Assembly: GCF_002105155.1 (NCBI RefSeq)
Contig: NW_019028999.1
Span: forward strand, 558,001 to 622,000
Direction: 5' to 3'
DNA from: Lobosporangium transversale
Lineage: Eukaryota
DNA: 64,000 nt
Shown here in pieces: positions 12,838-26,075 of the stretch (its first letter is position 1; the number at the start of each line of letters is the position of its first letter). The position numbers and the translations under genes are program-made. Below the pieces are notes generated by a model, which made no database searches, was not told the origin of the DNA, and saw only the letters and a list, made by a program, of their open reading frames with translations.

Positions 12838-13751
12838 ATGCCTTACAATATTTGGTAAGCAGGCCATTAGCCTAGCACATTCAACGTGCAATTACATTGA
12901 TGATGGTCAAGCATGCAAACTCAGCACATGCGGAATATCAAACGTTATTTTGTACCCCCCACAATCCTCTTACACTTCAACTAGCATGGTCTCTGACTTC
13001 TTTTACCCAAACGCAGGAGGAGTCGAATCCCATTTGTATCATCTTTCGCAGCGCCTGATCCAACGTGGGCACAAGGTCATTATCATTACACATGCGTATG
13101 GTGGTAGGACTGGAGTACGATGTCTCACCAATGGTCTTAAAGTATATCATGTCCCGATGATTGTTGTATTCCAAGCTGCATCGCCCCCAACGCTTTATGG
13201 GTTCTTTCCCATTTTCCGTTCCATTGTCCTTCGAGAGAGGATATCAATTGTTCACGGTCATCAAGCGTTTTCATCCATGTGTCATGAAGCTATTATTCAT
13301 GCGCGGACCATGGGCCTCAAAACATGCTTTACAGACCATTCCCTTTTTGGGTTTTCTGATCCAAGCAGTATAGTCATGAATAAGTTCCTCAAATTCACAC
13401 TCTCAGACATTGATCACGTTGTCTGCGTTTCCCATACAAGGTATTGCAATATCTATTCACATCAGCAAAGAATAGTATCTACGTTATTCTCCCGCACTAG
13501 TCCAATAGTCGTACTCTTCTAACCTGAACCTGTCAACTATCGGCATCATAAACAGTAAAGAGAACACAGTTCTTCGAGCTGCGCTCACACCTCAGAATGT
13601 ATCTGTGATACCTAATGCAGTGATTGCATCGAGATTTAAACCCGATCCGAGTATGCAAGATCCTAACGTCAGTACGTTTTAACAATGGATTATTAGACAT
13701 GATTTTATGGGCATCGTGTGAAGTGCTAGGCCACTAGGAAAAATCGAATCT

Positions 13752-13784
<33 letters not shown>

Positions 13785-14968
13785 CCAAGCTACAATCGTC
13801 GTTATCTCGCGACAAACATATCGCAAAGGCATGGATCTCCTTGTTGCTGTCGTTCCAAGAATATGCCGCAAATACTCCAAAGTCAGGTTTGTCATTGGAG
13901 GAGATGGACCTAAACGCATAGACCTAGAGCAAATGCGTGAAAAGCATCTACTGCATGATCGTGTCGAGTTTTTGGGATCTATCAAAGCGCATGAAGTCCG
14001 TAATGTGAGTAAAAATAAAAAATAAAAAAAAAAAAAAGCTACTCGAGTACTACATGTGGTGTATTATGGTATCCCATAATCTAATCAGTATCACTATCAT
14101 AGACATTAGTACGCGGACAAATTTTTTTAAACACCAGTTTAACCGAAGCATTTTGTATTGGGATCGTTGAGGCTGCTTGTGCTGGATTACTTGTCGTTAG
14201 CACCAAGGTGGGCGGTGTGCCTGAGGTTCTTCCCAGGCACATGATTTTATTTGCAAAACCTGAAGAAGATGGTAATGAAACACCTGATTGGTTTAAATAG
14301 TTGGTCTGTCCTCAGCTTCACCTCTTTTTTTTTTTGTCTTGAAAATATGCTAATACTGACGTGTTATCTTCAAATAGATCTTGTAGAAGCCCTCGATCGA
14401 GCCATAGAAATGATTCAACGAAAGGAAGTTCAGCCAGCAAAGTTTAACGATGAACTCAAGGAGATGTATAGCTGGGTAAATGTGGCTGAACGTACTGAGA
14501 AGGTTTATGACGCCATCTCTCAGACAAGGGATCCGCCACTTATTGAAAGACTTCGCAGGTATACTCACAATATCTCGCTTTATTTCCTCTTGGCTTTACT
14601 ATGTTTTAATTAATGATTATGCACCTAGTAACGTAGCATCTAATTCAAATGTTTGAAATGTTTTTAGTTATTATGGTTGCGGTGTTTTCGTAGGCAAATT
14701 ATTTTGCATTATGATCGCCCTTGACTATTTATTCTGGGTCTATTTGGAATGGATCCTTCCGAGGGATGAGATAGAACCGGCTCCTAAATTTCCGTACAAG
14801 AAGTTTAAGAAGGTAAAAAAAAAAAAAAAAAAAAAAAGATAGGAAGAGGATGGTGGTAGAATAGGAATTCCTCTAATTTTCTATTACATGTATTTGATTA
14901 TCAATTAGATGTGTCAGCGGGCCGATAAAGAGGACGAATTGGGACCAGCAAATGTGAATTCAATATAA
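12838..14968 (+). CDS. GPI3: GPI-GlcNAc transferase catalytic subunit (PIG-A / Gpi3 / Spt14), 8 exons
   Basis: [89 protein letters not shown] and a C-terminal TM segment. GT-AG junctions are all in frame. Confidence 0.95.
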
Positions 14969-15356
14969 ACGTCGCAATAAACATAAACACCACTTCTTTC
15001 TCAGTTCTCAGCGAAAGCTTTATATGTGTCATTGTATATCTATCAAGGCGAAAATTTACAAAAATGTAATAATTTTAATACGTAGACCTCATTTGGAACT
15101 TGAAGATGATCGATTCTGGCATTTTTCCATTTTTTTTGTTTTCCCCTTTTTTATGTAAATCTGTGCCTGGATGTGCTTCATTATGTGGAGGCTTGCATGT
15201 GCACCATAACGTCCTGTATATGCTAATATCAATTTACGTTTGCCTAATCATGATGCTGCTGGCATTGCAAGTCTGAAGCATTTCTGGGATATCCTTTGAG
15301 TGTTGGCGGAGAGAAAGGAGAAAAATAATAATAATAACAATAATAAAAATGATTGA

Positions 15357-15615
15357 CTAGAGGATCTTGCACTTTTTGGAACGCTTCCCTTTATCGCCTC
15401 GAGAGGGGTTCTGCTCTTTGATCCTCCGGACTAGTTCGTAGAAGACCTCATCCACATTTGTCCTTTCTCGTGCTGATGTCTCAAAATACGGCGTCGGGCC
15501 CCATCGTGCAGATAGTTGATCACCTTTCTCCCGTGCAACCCTTCGATCACTTTCTAGATCACATTTGTTACCAACAAGCACAATTGGCACCTGCAATTCG
15601 TAGAGAAGAATAAAA

Positions 15616-15648
<33 letters not shown>

Positions 15649-17115
15649 CAGTTACTCCTTCATATCTAACGTCTTAGAGAACTGACCACGTCTGTAATGA
15701 TGAAGCTTTGGCCAAATGTTTCCATGTTTCCTTCTAATCCTCTCATAATTTATTATTCATATTCAGCATGATCTCCATAGATGAAAGATGTATGCATATC
15801 ATTGCATGAATGTTGACATGGCAAATGGGAAGAATAATGTCGATACTACGGTGATGCATGTTGCAAGGCCTGAAATATGATAAATGGTGAATGACGACAT
15901 AAGGCTTACCGTAGTGCTATCTTTTACCCGAAGGATTTGTTTATGTAGCTCTGTTAATTCGTCAAATGTCGAAGCAGCAGTGATTGAGAACACCAAGATA
16001 AAGCCCTGTCCGTTCTTCATATAAAGATCACGCATTGCTGTAAACTGTTCTGTACCGGCGGTATCGAGTATTTCGAGCATACATTGTTGACCATCAACCT
16101 CAACTTGTTTTCGATAGGAATCCTCAATTGTTGGGTCGTATCGATCTACGAACACTGATTGAACAAATTGGACGGTCTATAACCAAAGGAGAAGTTTATA
16201 ATAAGATTGCATGGTCAGAAATGGCAACAGGATGAGCCCAAAGCAATAGCAAAGAACAAATCACATTTGCTGAATCCTGAGTGGTGCGTGCGAGCCGCGC
16301 TTTTGCTCTCGATGTGGTCTTTCCTTCTGTCAAAATGAAGATAGAGCTAGCTTTCCTTCATTAAGCTGAGCCAAAGCATGGTAAGTGTTGCTTGCTCTCA
16401 ATTTTTTTTTTCTGTGCACCCCTTTGAGGTTTATTTTATTTTTTAAAAAGTCACCCCTCTCTTAGTCCTCATTATTACCATCTCTGAATCTCGGGTCAAT
16501 CCTCACCCCCTTCATTTGTTTATGCCAACAGAATGTTGTTGGGCATTGCATGAATAACATCTACGGGTCTGTGATCCCCTTCATTTTACGATCACCCTGT
16601 TCTTTTTAATTCACACACATTTACACACTTATCCAACTGAACATACAATCCCACTCTTTCTCTCTCTCCCCCAAGCCTTGGCAACTGAGAATAAGGAAAG
16701 AAAAGAAAGAAGAAAAAAAAGACACAAACAAATGGGCGATCCAATCATTTGACTTCATACGCGAGAGGAGAACATCCGCCAAAACACAAGCCATTATACA
16801 ATCGTGGAAACCCAGTCATTCATTAAAGTATGAGCATTATAATGATTAGAAGAGTAAGTGACATCCTCACTTTGTCAAACGGTAGATGCTACATTTATAC
16901 ACTGCTGTTCGCAATCTGTGAAGGATGGCTCTTGAAGGCTGTGCTTCAATATTTGAATGGAGAGCATCACAGAACCCACAGAATATCCAAAGGTGATGAC
17001 GGGAACAAGAAAAAAAAAGTAAACCTTCACCGATTTACACTTTGACGACGAAACTTACTAGCGCAGACTTTCCGACACCACCAGAGCCGAGGACAACCAA
17101 TTTGAACTCACGCAT
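15357..17115 (-). CDS. RAP1: Ras-family GTPase, Rap1/Rsr1(Bud1) type, 3 exons
   Basis: Exons 17115-17059, 16176-15910, 15590-15357. [38 protein letters not shown] (Thr at the Ras Q61 position is the Rap signature), NKCD, ETSA, polybasic tail plus CKIL CaaX. Confidence 0.95.
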
Positions 17116-19729
17116 TACTTGTGCTGATATTTCTTTTATGTGTAATCAATTAAAATTAAAAATTAAAAATAAAATTAAGAATAAAAATATAAAATGTGAG
17201 AAAAGGTATAAAAACAAAAAAAAACAAAAAAAAAAAAAGAGAGAAAGACGGAGAATGAAGCAGAAAAGCGCGATGAGTTTGTGTAATGACAAAGTGAATG
17301 AGCAGGAATGAGAAGTCCAAGTGTTTGAATCGACTATATTATGATTAGAAAGAAAAACTATGGAATTTTAAGTAAGAAACAGCTACAAAAAAAAAAAAAA
17401 AAAAAAAAATTGAAAGGAGAGGAAGGATGTTCGAAACAAGAAAAGAACCGAAAGAGAGTGTGTGAAGAGAGAACAGAAGAAAAAATAAAGAAAAGAAAAG
17501 AAAAGAAAAAAGACGAACAAAGAGACAATGAAGGGTAAAAGAAAAGTGATGCTGGTGACATGGTACACGAAATGTTCCTAGTTTACAAAATAAATAAATA
17601 AAAGGGGGGAGAAAGGTTGGAGCACTTGCACCATAGAAAAGGAGGAATAGATATGCAACCATTGGACTCGGATAGAAATAAGAAGATAGACTATATGCAT
17701 GCAAGTAAAACGCAATCTCTTTACTTCTCGCTCGCTCTTCTCTTTCTCTTCTCTTATTCTCCCATTCATTCATTATGTTTATCATGACCTTCTCTTATTT
17801 TTGTATTTCCAAACCATCACTCCGTCCAACAGACAAAAAAACCCCCCGGACATCATGGCGAATGGTCACACCCACTTTTCTACAATAAAGTCCCCTGCAC
17901 AATCTACATCCTAGTCAATGCTACATCTTATAGAGTTGCATGAAGGCACGAATACCGCGCAAACAAGCGTCTTTGATCCTTAAGTTGGAAAGACTGCCCT
18001 CTTGTCAATCCATTCAACGTAAAGTTTTTTTTTTTTTTTTTTTTTTTTGCACACAAAATAGGAGCGCTGCATATCCCCAAAGCAACGTGGGACATGGACA
18101 AAGGCCAAGGGGGACTTCCACATGAGAAAGATTGTTGGAGAATCTGGGATTGGGAAGAATGAGGAAATCGTTTATAACCTGTCGATCTCCTCCAACGCAT
18201 AACGCGTCTCAATCAAAGTTTTCCGCGACTGGGACATGCATGGCAAAAAAATTTGCACAGCACACATACACAAACGCGCGTGGCATAAAAAAAAAACCTC
18301 AGGGGGCAATGTTTGTATGTTTATTTTCATGCACTAAAATATTTTTGTTTCCCTATTCCCCTCACATGTTGGAGGACCCTGCCTTCCAAAGTTCTGATTT
18401 GCATCTGCGCCACTCGGAAACAGAACATCAATGGGTTACAAACTCAATTAACTAGACAACACAATCATTACTGAGGATGAGATAATTTTTCCTCCCTTTC
18501 CACCGTTGTCCGTGTTTTTCACCTGGCTCCACCGACAACATTCACGGCTATTGTCTCTTTGGGCTCAAATCTGTGTGCTGCTCTCAAGGGTGCATTGTTC
18601 ATCGCAATCAATTGGCTAGAGGCAGTCCCCATTTCCTCAATTAAATGGCCTTGAACAATGTCAAAACTGTTATAGCTTACCACGACATCTCGGTCTAAGT
18701 AAGTCCTGAACTCCACTAAAAAAAAAAAAAAAAAAAAAAAAAACCAATATTTAAGACCGAGCCTCGACTAAAGTGTTACATTCAAACATGGACTTATTTG
18801 ACACGAACAATTCCAACAAACTTCAGCCAGTCCGGCCTTACGGAAATGCTTTAGCTTCACTTGTGGAAGAGCCTTGGGAAGGTAGTAGCAAATGTTGGTC
18901 AAGAAAGGAAACGCAAAAAATGCAGGTAAAGAGCTCATCATTCCATCGTTAAGTGGATATCAAATCGATGCTGGGAGTGGAATCATTCTGTACCGAGCAG
19001 CTTCTTCAAAAACGAGACAGTACTATGCCCTCCCCATTGGGATATTCTCAGAATTGACCATTATAAGCATGCGCAATAAATCAAGATTAGAAAAAAAAAG
19101 AAAGAAAGAAAGAAAAGAAAAAGAAAAGGGTTCACATAACCCATGGACTGTAAACAGCATCGATCATAAGAGATGAAGAGGCTTGACAGTAAGTTACCAT
19201 TTTACCAAAGCAATCATGAGACCAAACCCGCTCAAAGCCTATTACCCCTTTATTACCGCATTCGCGTCGTCCCGCGTGGTAATGATTGGGCTGGTCAACT
19301 TGAGGAAAATTACAGAAGGTTCAATGCATGCATATGCTTACGTCTCTACTTAACACCCTTAATTCTTACAAACGCTTTTTATGCGTTGACCTTTGACGCT
19401 GGTAATGAAAGACGTTATTTCATTTGAATAATACAGGACTGCCCTCTCAAGGAGATGAAGACGTCGTACTGACCCACTTAAAGTTTAGAACATCGTTTTC
19501 TGCTGATAGAATCTTTAGATGGCATTATGCTAAATAAACTTCATATTGATAAAGACTGATACTCCTGTAGGATACTTATTATTCTCGTACTTGCTGAAGA
19601 TTTTGAAAATAGAAATTTCTTCTCTTCATGGCTTTATAGGACAAGGATATACCTATTATCTATCAATAGAATTCGGTGATCAAGTCATACAGGCTCTAGC
19701 CACGCATTGTCCATCCAGTGTCATTGTTT

Positions 19730-19771
<42 letters not shown>

Positions 19772-20677
19772 ACCAAAGGCCGGATTGGAATGGCGAAGGC
19801 CCTGAGTTAATAATATGATGCGCATTGTACATATACTTTGAAGTGCGTAATACAAATAGAGTGTAGACTAATTAAGGATGGCGTGGCACAGCGTCATAGA
19901 GAGATAGGATCAAGAAGTAACGCAAACAGTAAGTCTTTTGTCATCAGAAGGTGCCATGCATATGTGATGACATGAACAAGGTGATGACAAAGTTCTTCCG
20001 TCGCTTACTTTGAGTCGAGAATTCTTGCTATTGTTGTTTTGTATCGGGCTTGGAGGGTTATTTTTGGGAACAATGAGTAGACAAACCAATCCAAACCCCC
20101 AGAAATACGCATGCAGGATGAGAGCATGCCCGAGCCAAGCAATTTCCTGTTCAGTTGCAAAAACATGCAAGATAGACTATGAAATTGCACGGACAAAGAA
20201 TCGAACCTGCTCATTAGAAATCTATTAAGACCACACATCCCGTTGCAACAGTTAGTGGCAATATATTTTTATTTTAGTCGAAAAAGGTTATGCAGGATGG
20301 ATGAGGTCTGCGAATGAGTGCCATTTCTATGAACTCAAACATGCAACATTTGATCGCATTGTCCATTAAGCAGCCAGTCACTCCATTTGTAGCTGTCGTC
20401 GGTTGATTGCATCCTTTTTTATAATTCCCATTCCAGCATTATTCATTGTTGCTGGAGTTGTTTGCTGCCCCTCCCTTTCCCTTTCTCTTCTCCTTCATTC
20501 ATCTCCCTTTCTATCTTCAACTTACTCCTTCAACTTACTTCTCTCACCTGCTGACTCCATCATCTTTTTCGTGTTTACATCTCCGTCATCACATTACCAT
20601 CAACTTTTATTTTATTTTTTTTTTGGCATAAGGATCATAGATTGGCAGGACAGACCCCGCACAGATCCATTATTATC

Positions 20678-22114
20678 ATGGATGCACATGCCCCCATCGC
20701 ACACTACCAAACAGCTCTACCAGCTGCACACCCAGTGCCCTATCCAAGCGGACGAGCTACACTCGGTATAGGATCTTTGGTACCCATCTCCATGGATTCA
20801 CTTGGCCCAAGCGCACAGGCTAACAATAGTGTCAGCCATATGACATCAAGCGAATCAACAGTTCTTTCTGGATACAGCTCAGCATCCTATCACTCATTAC
20901 CAACGACTCAGCAACATCAGCAACTTCAAACCCAACTATCCTTCCAGCAACAGCATTATGTGCCAATTCAAATGACTATTCCACAAAGCCAGCCACAGTC
21001 ACTCCAGCAGCATACACTTCAGCTTCAATCTTTACAACCACTACACTCCATAATGACCCCACAACATAATCTCTCTCACTCACATTCATACAAGCAATCA
21101 CAGCTTCCATCCAGTAGTCAACCATCATTAGTGCAGACTGCACAGCAACAGAAAGCTCAACAAATACTTCATTTGCAACAACAACAACAACAACAGATAC
21201 AACAACAGCATCTCCAGCAACAAATTCAGCAACAGCGTCAGATCCCAAACCTTCCTGTAGTCACGTCCCTTCCCACACACCATTCCCATGCTCAGATTCA
21301 ATCCTACTCTCATCACGTAGTTGCAAAGTCACAGAGTCAACAACGGCAACAGCACTATCAACACCCACATCATCACCAGCAACAGCAGCACCGAGAGCAT
21401 GCACGGGACCATAGAAGTAATCGCTCTAATTCTTCAGCCTTGGACCATGTAGTCCACCTGCAAACCAGTGTCCTACAATTAGCAGAGTTTGCATCTGTGA
21501 TGGTGTATACCCTCTGGCATACTCGACCGAATATCAATGGCGCTTCCAGTAATGCCTACAATGTTGTTCCACATCGAATGGCCATACCACCATCGGCTGG
21601 ACCTGCATTCAAGAAATTCTGCTTGAAGGTAAGGCTCAGAAAAGTTAGAAACACCCTCAGAGTTTTCACGATCATGCTTTCTTATCAATATCTACACACA
21701 CTTACAATGACTATTTTTATTTTATTTTTTTATTTTTTATTTTTTATTTTTTTATAGGTATTATCAGCCACACAGCTGTCATCGTCAGTTATCCTACTCT
21801 CATTAAAGTATATCCAAAAACTCTTGAAGAACAACCCGTCAATTCATGGACAGCAGGGATCTGAATTTCGCCTCTTTACAGTTTCGTTAATGCTTGCAAA
21901 CAAATTTCTGGATGACAATACATTCACCAATAAAACATGGTCTGAAGTGACAGGAATCAACATCAAGGAGATCAACGTCATGGAGATGGAGTTTCTGAAC
22001 CAGGTTCAATTTAGTTTATTTGTGAGTGAAGCTGAATATCTAGACTGGCTACACAGCCTCGAAACATGGCTAAAGCAACAAGGGCAAGGCAGCCAGATCG
22101 CGGTATCAAACTAG
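20678..22114 (+). CDS. Pho80/Pcl-superfamily cyclin, Clg1-like, with Q/H-rich N-terminus
   Basis: Exons 20678-21628 and 21758-22114. LAEFASVMVYTLW, PAFKKFCLK|VLSATQLSSSVILLSLKYI and GSEFRLFTVSLMLANKFLDDNTFTNKTWSEVTG...MEMEFL form the cyclin box. A further 3' exon near 22426-22521 is possible. Confidence 0.85.
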
Positions 22115-22119
22115 TACAC

Positions 22120-22153
<34 letters not shown>

Positions 22154-24176
22154 TCACTCTGCAATATATCCGCACAGGCACAGAGAACTACGACTTGCAA
22201 ATACGTGAAATGAAAAGTATTAATTGAGTGGTAGAAAATGTAACATTTTTGTAAGTTGCAAAACTCGTTACACAAAACAGTTATTTCAGCTAAAAAAATA
22301 AAATAAAAAAACATTATGTGTACTTGCCTTCTCGAAGTAACGTAAAATATATTGCAGTTTGTAAGGCTACTCCTTTCGGTAAGGATCAAAGCTGATATTG
22401 ACGCCTAACCTTTCTACTGTCCAAGGCAGCTACAGCCTCATGCTCCTCAACACTCTCTGCAACATCGAACTTTGGCTTAGGTAATGTATATGAACCGAGA
22501 GCCACTGGAGAGCGAGAGTAATGGCGGGATCGATTGACATGTAAAATATCGCCCATTTTCATGCTAGGATAAAGCTTGACACGAAATTAAACTGGGGAGT
22601 CTTGCTCAAACAACGCGTAAAAGACCTACGAACGTGGAGACTATAGGAGGGATAAAAGAACTTGAGATTGGAAGCCAGCATCCAAAACATTGCCAAAAAA
22701 AAAAAAAAAAAAAAAAAACACGCTTGCTTAGTTTTGCGTAGTCCATTTTCGCGCAAAGGGAAAATGCCTCGAGGAGGTACGAAAAATCTTACTCTTTTAA
22801 CTTGGGATAGATCAAGATGCCATCCTAGGTAGGCAACCGTGTATTTGCCTGCTAATGGACTAAAAAGAGTGCATATCAGCGTAGAAAAGGAGGTGGGTGC
22901 ATTTGTTGGTGATAGTCAGATAATAAGGCAAGTTTAGAGGGATAGTGAGCGCAACCGAGCCGGTTGATGAGTTCATCAATGTGAGGAAGATTACTGGTTG
23001 AGCTAAAGGTGCTTTATTTAATCTTATTATGGTTAGTACAATCCTTTTGGGCCTTGAGGATTAAGACGAGTCATTCATCGTTGCATCTAATTCTTCTCGA
23101 GCGAAACAAATTCAGATCTGGATCTGGCGGGAGGACAAGAACGGACCCTTTAAGGATATTCCTGTCATTAAGGAGGGCACCATCAAGGAACTCCTCGCCT
23201 TCTCGTCAACCAACGGAACATCCAATTGAATATGTATGAGCTTTATAACACTTTAAATCTTGTGAAGCCTTCCAGATGGAAGCAATGAAGGGGGTGTTGG
23301 CAACTTCAGAGTTTTGACCTAACAACTCTGATGTCTAATCAGAAGGCAAAAAAAAAAAAAAAAAAAAAATAGCATTTGGAGGGCCAGGAGATGGAGTACG
23401 AGCCAATAAATGGCGATGTAGGTCTTGACTCGTGTTGCCTTAGTGGAAACAGGAGGAGAGAAAGGGAAAGATTTGATGCAAGGTTGTAAGGAAGTATAGA
23501 ATTAGACTAGGAATGGAAAAAGGACGAATGAGGAAGCTAATCAAATCTTTCTCTCCTCCATGACAGACAGTCTCTTTGCACCATTCACGACAACCCACCC
23601 TCCTTCCAATCAACACAACACTCAAAAAAACGGTCTTCATTCGTTCGCATCCTGTGGGCCCAGAACCTCATGTCAAGGGACCTCCCAAGTTGTGGTCATC
23701 ACATGCCCTCTAACCTAGATATCTAGAACTTCCCTTCTTTATTACACAATAGAAACATTTGTAACAAGAGTAGCAAGATACCGGAGGCTAGTTAGCTCCC
23801 CCCCAATATATATATATATATATTTGTATACTCCTACAAATATGCACTGTTTAATTTATTCTGATAAACATGTGTCATTTTTAAGTTGGGCGAAGTACCT
23901 GGAATATGTCAACTCTTTTTTTTTTTAGAAGTATTGTATACATATCAGACACATTTTTTTTTATAAAAAAAAAAGAAGGTAATAACAACAGGGCCATTAA
24001 ACTTAGTTAATCCTTTGCATTATTGGAATGACCAATAAAGTATTGTCCATACTCGCGTGGTGTTTGGGTTCTTTTTTATTGCAATACTATTATACAGACA
24101 AAGATTTCTAAACAAAAAAAAAGTAGACTAAACTAAAGCTATATACAAAATAATAAGGTCTCGCGGTTGTGCCTGC

Positions 24177-26075
24177 TTAACCCCGGATACAAGGCGCTGG
24201 AGGAGAGTTTGGATAGCTCGAATATGGGCTCGAACGAGGGCTTGACTCATAGAAGCAATAGCGATCAACTAGATCAAAATAACTGGACGATTCCACTGTG
24301 GGGCGGGCGCCGGAGGCAGCAGTAGCAGTGGTGGTGCTGGCAGCATTCGAATGACTGCGCTGGACAAGTGGAATGGAAATAGGCGAAGATCCCTTGGGCG
24401 AAGACGAATAAGAGCCATAGAGACCTGAAGGGAAAGAATGTGAGCGTGCAGGCGATACTGTTGGTGAAGTCCTCTCGATATCGACATTCCAACTGTTGCG
24501 GGACCCTTTCTTGTTATTGGCAAACGACACTTGGTCATATCCAACATGGAAGTGCTCTGGAGGAGACGCTGCGGAGAGATACGAGCCGATGAATTTTGGT
24601 GATGAGGCATAAAGTGAGTGATGGTAGTTTTGTGGTGAAGGGGAGGACGGTGTAATGTATTCACTAGCTCTATAAGCAGTCTGATTAGGAGGAGACATGG
24701 TGATCACATATGGAAGATCGACCTTGGTATTGGCACTAGAGGAGCGCATTGGTATAGCGATGGGTTGGCTATAGGCGGCCGAGAGCGAGGACGAGAGGTC
24801 GTACCTATTGGCTAGGTTTTTCCTGAGAACTGGCTTGCTATAATCAGGCATAGGCGATCCCAGAAGCAGACTGTTCATGTGTTTGGACAAATCAGATGCT
24901 GTTGTTGCTGACGCTACTACAACAACGCGCTTGCACTCGACCTGATAGTTCATACCATTGTTGCTATCCCAAAACTCTCGTCCACTCACTTGGTACCGAA
25001 CTGCCATACAGAATGTTTTTTCCACCATGGCTCGCTCCATTTCCAAAGGTATTTCGAATGAGAACCGGTCCATACTTGAGCTTGGAATCGATTCTTCATA
25101 TTCTGCCATTACCTCCGTGAATGACTGCCAAAAATCTACTGTATATCGTACAGAGACATGTTTGTGGAAAGCAATGTTTTGAACCAAAATCTTTCCTTCC
25201 AGTTCAGTCTGATCTACAGAAAGCTCCACGCTTTCCATTCGCATGGGTAGTGCTCCTGAGTCCATGCTGACGGACCGGAGCGAATCCGGAGGAGTGGGCT
25301 TCCAGTTCGGAAAGGTAATCTTGATATCGCTTGTAGATCGATCATGTTGTCGTCCATCTACGATAGTTTCACGCTCAGCGACACAGGATGGTGTCTCGCC
25401 CTGCAAAAACAGACGTACATGCTCCAACTGGGTGTTGAAGTGCACATATTTGGGGCTCGTCAATGGTGTGGGTGAGGAATGAGAACGGATAGACGAGGGT
25501 CTATACAATGTTTGAGGACTGGTTTTTACATCAAGGGTCACAGCAGGACTCTTCATTGCGGATTTGATTGGCATGCCATTCTTATGGAATTGCGCGCTGT
25601 ATTTTCGGAGGTGAGCAAGCTTATCGCCAGTACCTTGTTGTGACGACGTGGTCGCAGTAGTGACCAGAGGCGACGGCGATGGTCGCTCTAGTTTGACAGA
25701 CGAAGCAATTGTGTTGGACTGAGGGTTGAGGAGGGAGGGTGATGAAAGGATCTGCTTCTGTTCTTGGAGAGAGCTGGTTAGCGTGGAGATCATGCTACGA
25801 CGCGAAGTGTTAGCGATCTGGATGTTTTGGGGTGCCGTTGATGGTTCTGAGAGAGCGATAGCACCAGACGATGAGTGACTCGCGGAAGAAGGAGAGGATG
25901 GTGACAAGGAAGACGACTGCGAAGATGAAGATGGTGGTGTACGTCTCAGAGAGAGTGTAACCTTTTTGTTGGTCGAGGCCAAGGGATGCGGGAGGGCGCG
26001 AACAAGGACACGGTCGGGACTAGTGAATACAAAGGGTTGGGGGGGAAGTTCTGGGGAAGAGGTGGGATAGGACAT
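24177..26075 (-). CDS. Protein phosphatase 1 glycogen-targeting regulatory subunit (CBM21 domain; Gac1/PPP1R3-like), 632 aa, intronless
   Basis: PP1-docking KSAMK...KYVHF (RVxF) followed by CBM21 motifs GKILVQNIAFHKHVSVRYTVDFW and CMAVRYQVSGREFWDSNNGMNY. Confidence 0.9.
   Translation of the reverse strand: MSYPTSSPELPPQPFVFTSPDRVLVRALPHPLASTNKKVTLSLRRTPPSSSSQSSSLSPSSPSSASHSSSGAIALSEPSTAPQNIQIANTSRRSMISTLTSSLQEQKQILSSPSLLNPQSNTIASSVKLERPSPSPLVTTATTSSQQGTGDKLAHLRKYSAQFHKNGMPIKSAMKSPAVTLDVKTSPQTLYRPSSIRSHSSPTPLTSPKYVHFNTQLEHVRLFLQGETPSCVAERETIVDGRQHDRSTSDIKITFPNWKPTPPDSLRSVSMDSGALPMRMESVELSVDQTELEGKILVQNIAFHKHVSVRYTVDFWQSFTEVMAEYEESIPSSSMDRFSFEIPLEMERAMVEKTFCMAVRYQVSGREFWDSNNGMNYQVECKRVVVVASATTASDLSKHMNSLLLGSPMPDYSKPVLRKNLANRYDLSSSLSAAYSQPIAIPMRSSSANTKVDLPYVITMSPPNQTAYRASEYITPSSPSPQNYHHSLYASSPKFIGSYLSAASPPEHFHVGYDQVSFANNKKGSRNSWNVDIERTSPTVSPARSHSFPSGLYGSYSSSPKGSSPISIPLVQRSHSNAASTTTATAASGARPTVESSSYFDLVDRYCFYESSPRSSPYSSYPNSPPAPCIRG

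Noticed and set aside
16830..17914. Cluster of Lys-rich and Phe-rich short ORFs
   Set aside because: Products of A/T homopolymers and purine-skewed RAP1 leader and intron sequence; the same applies to other KKKK/FFFF ORFs in the track.
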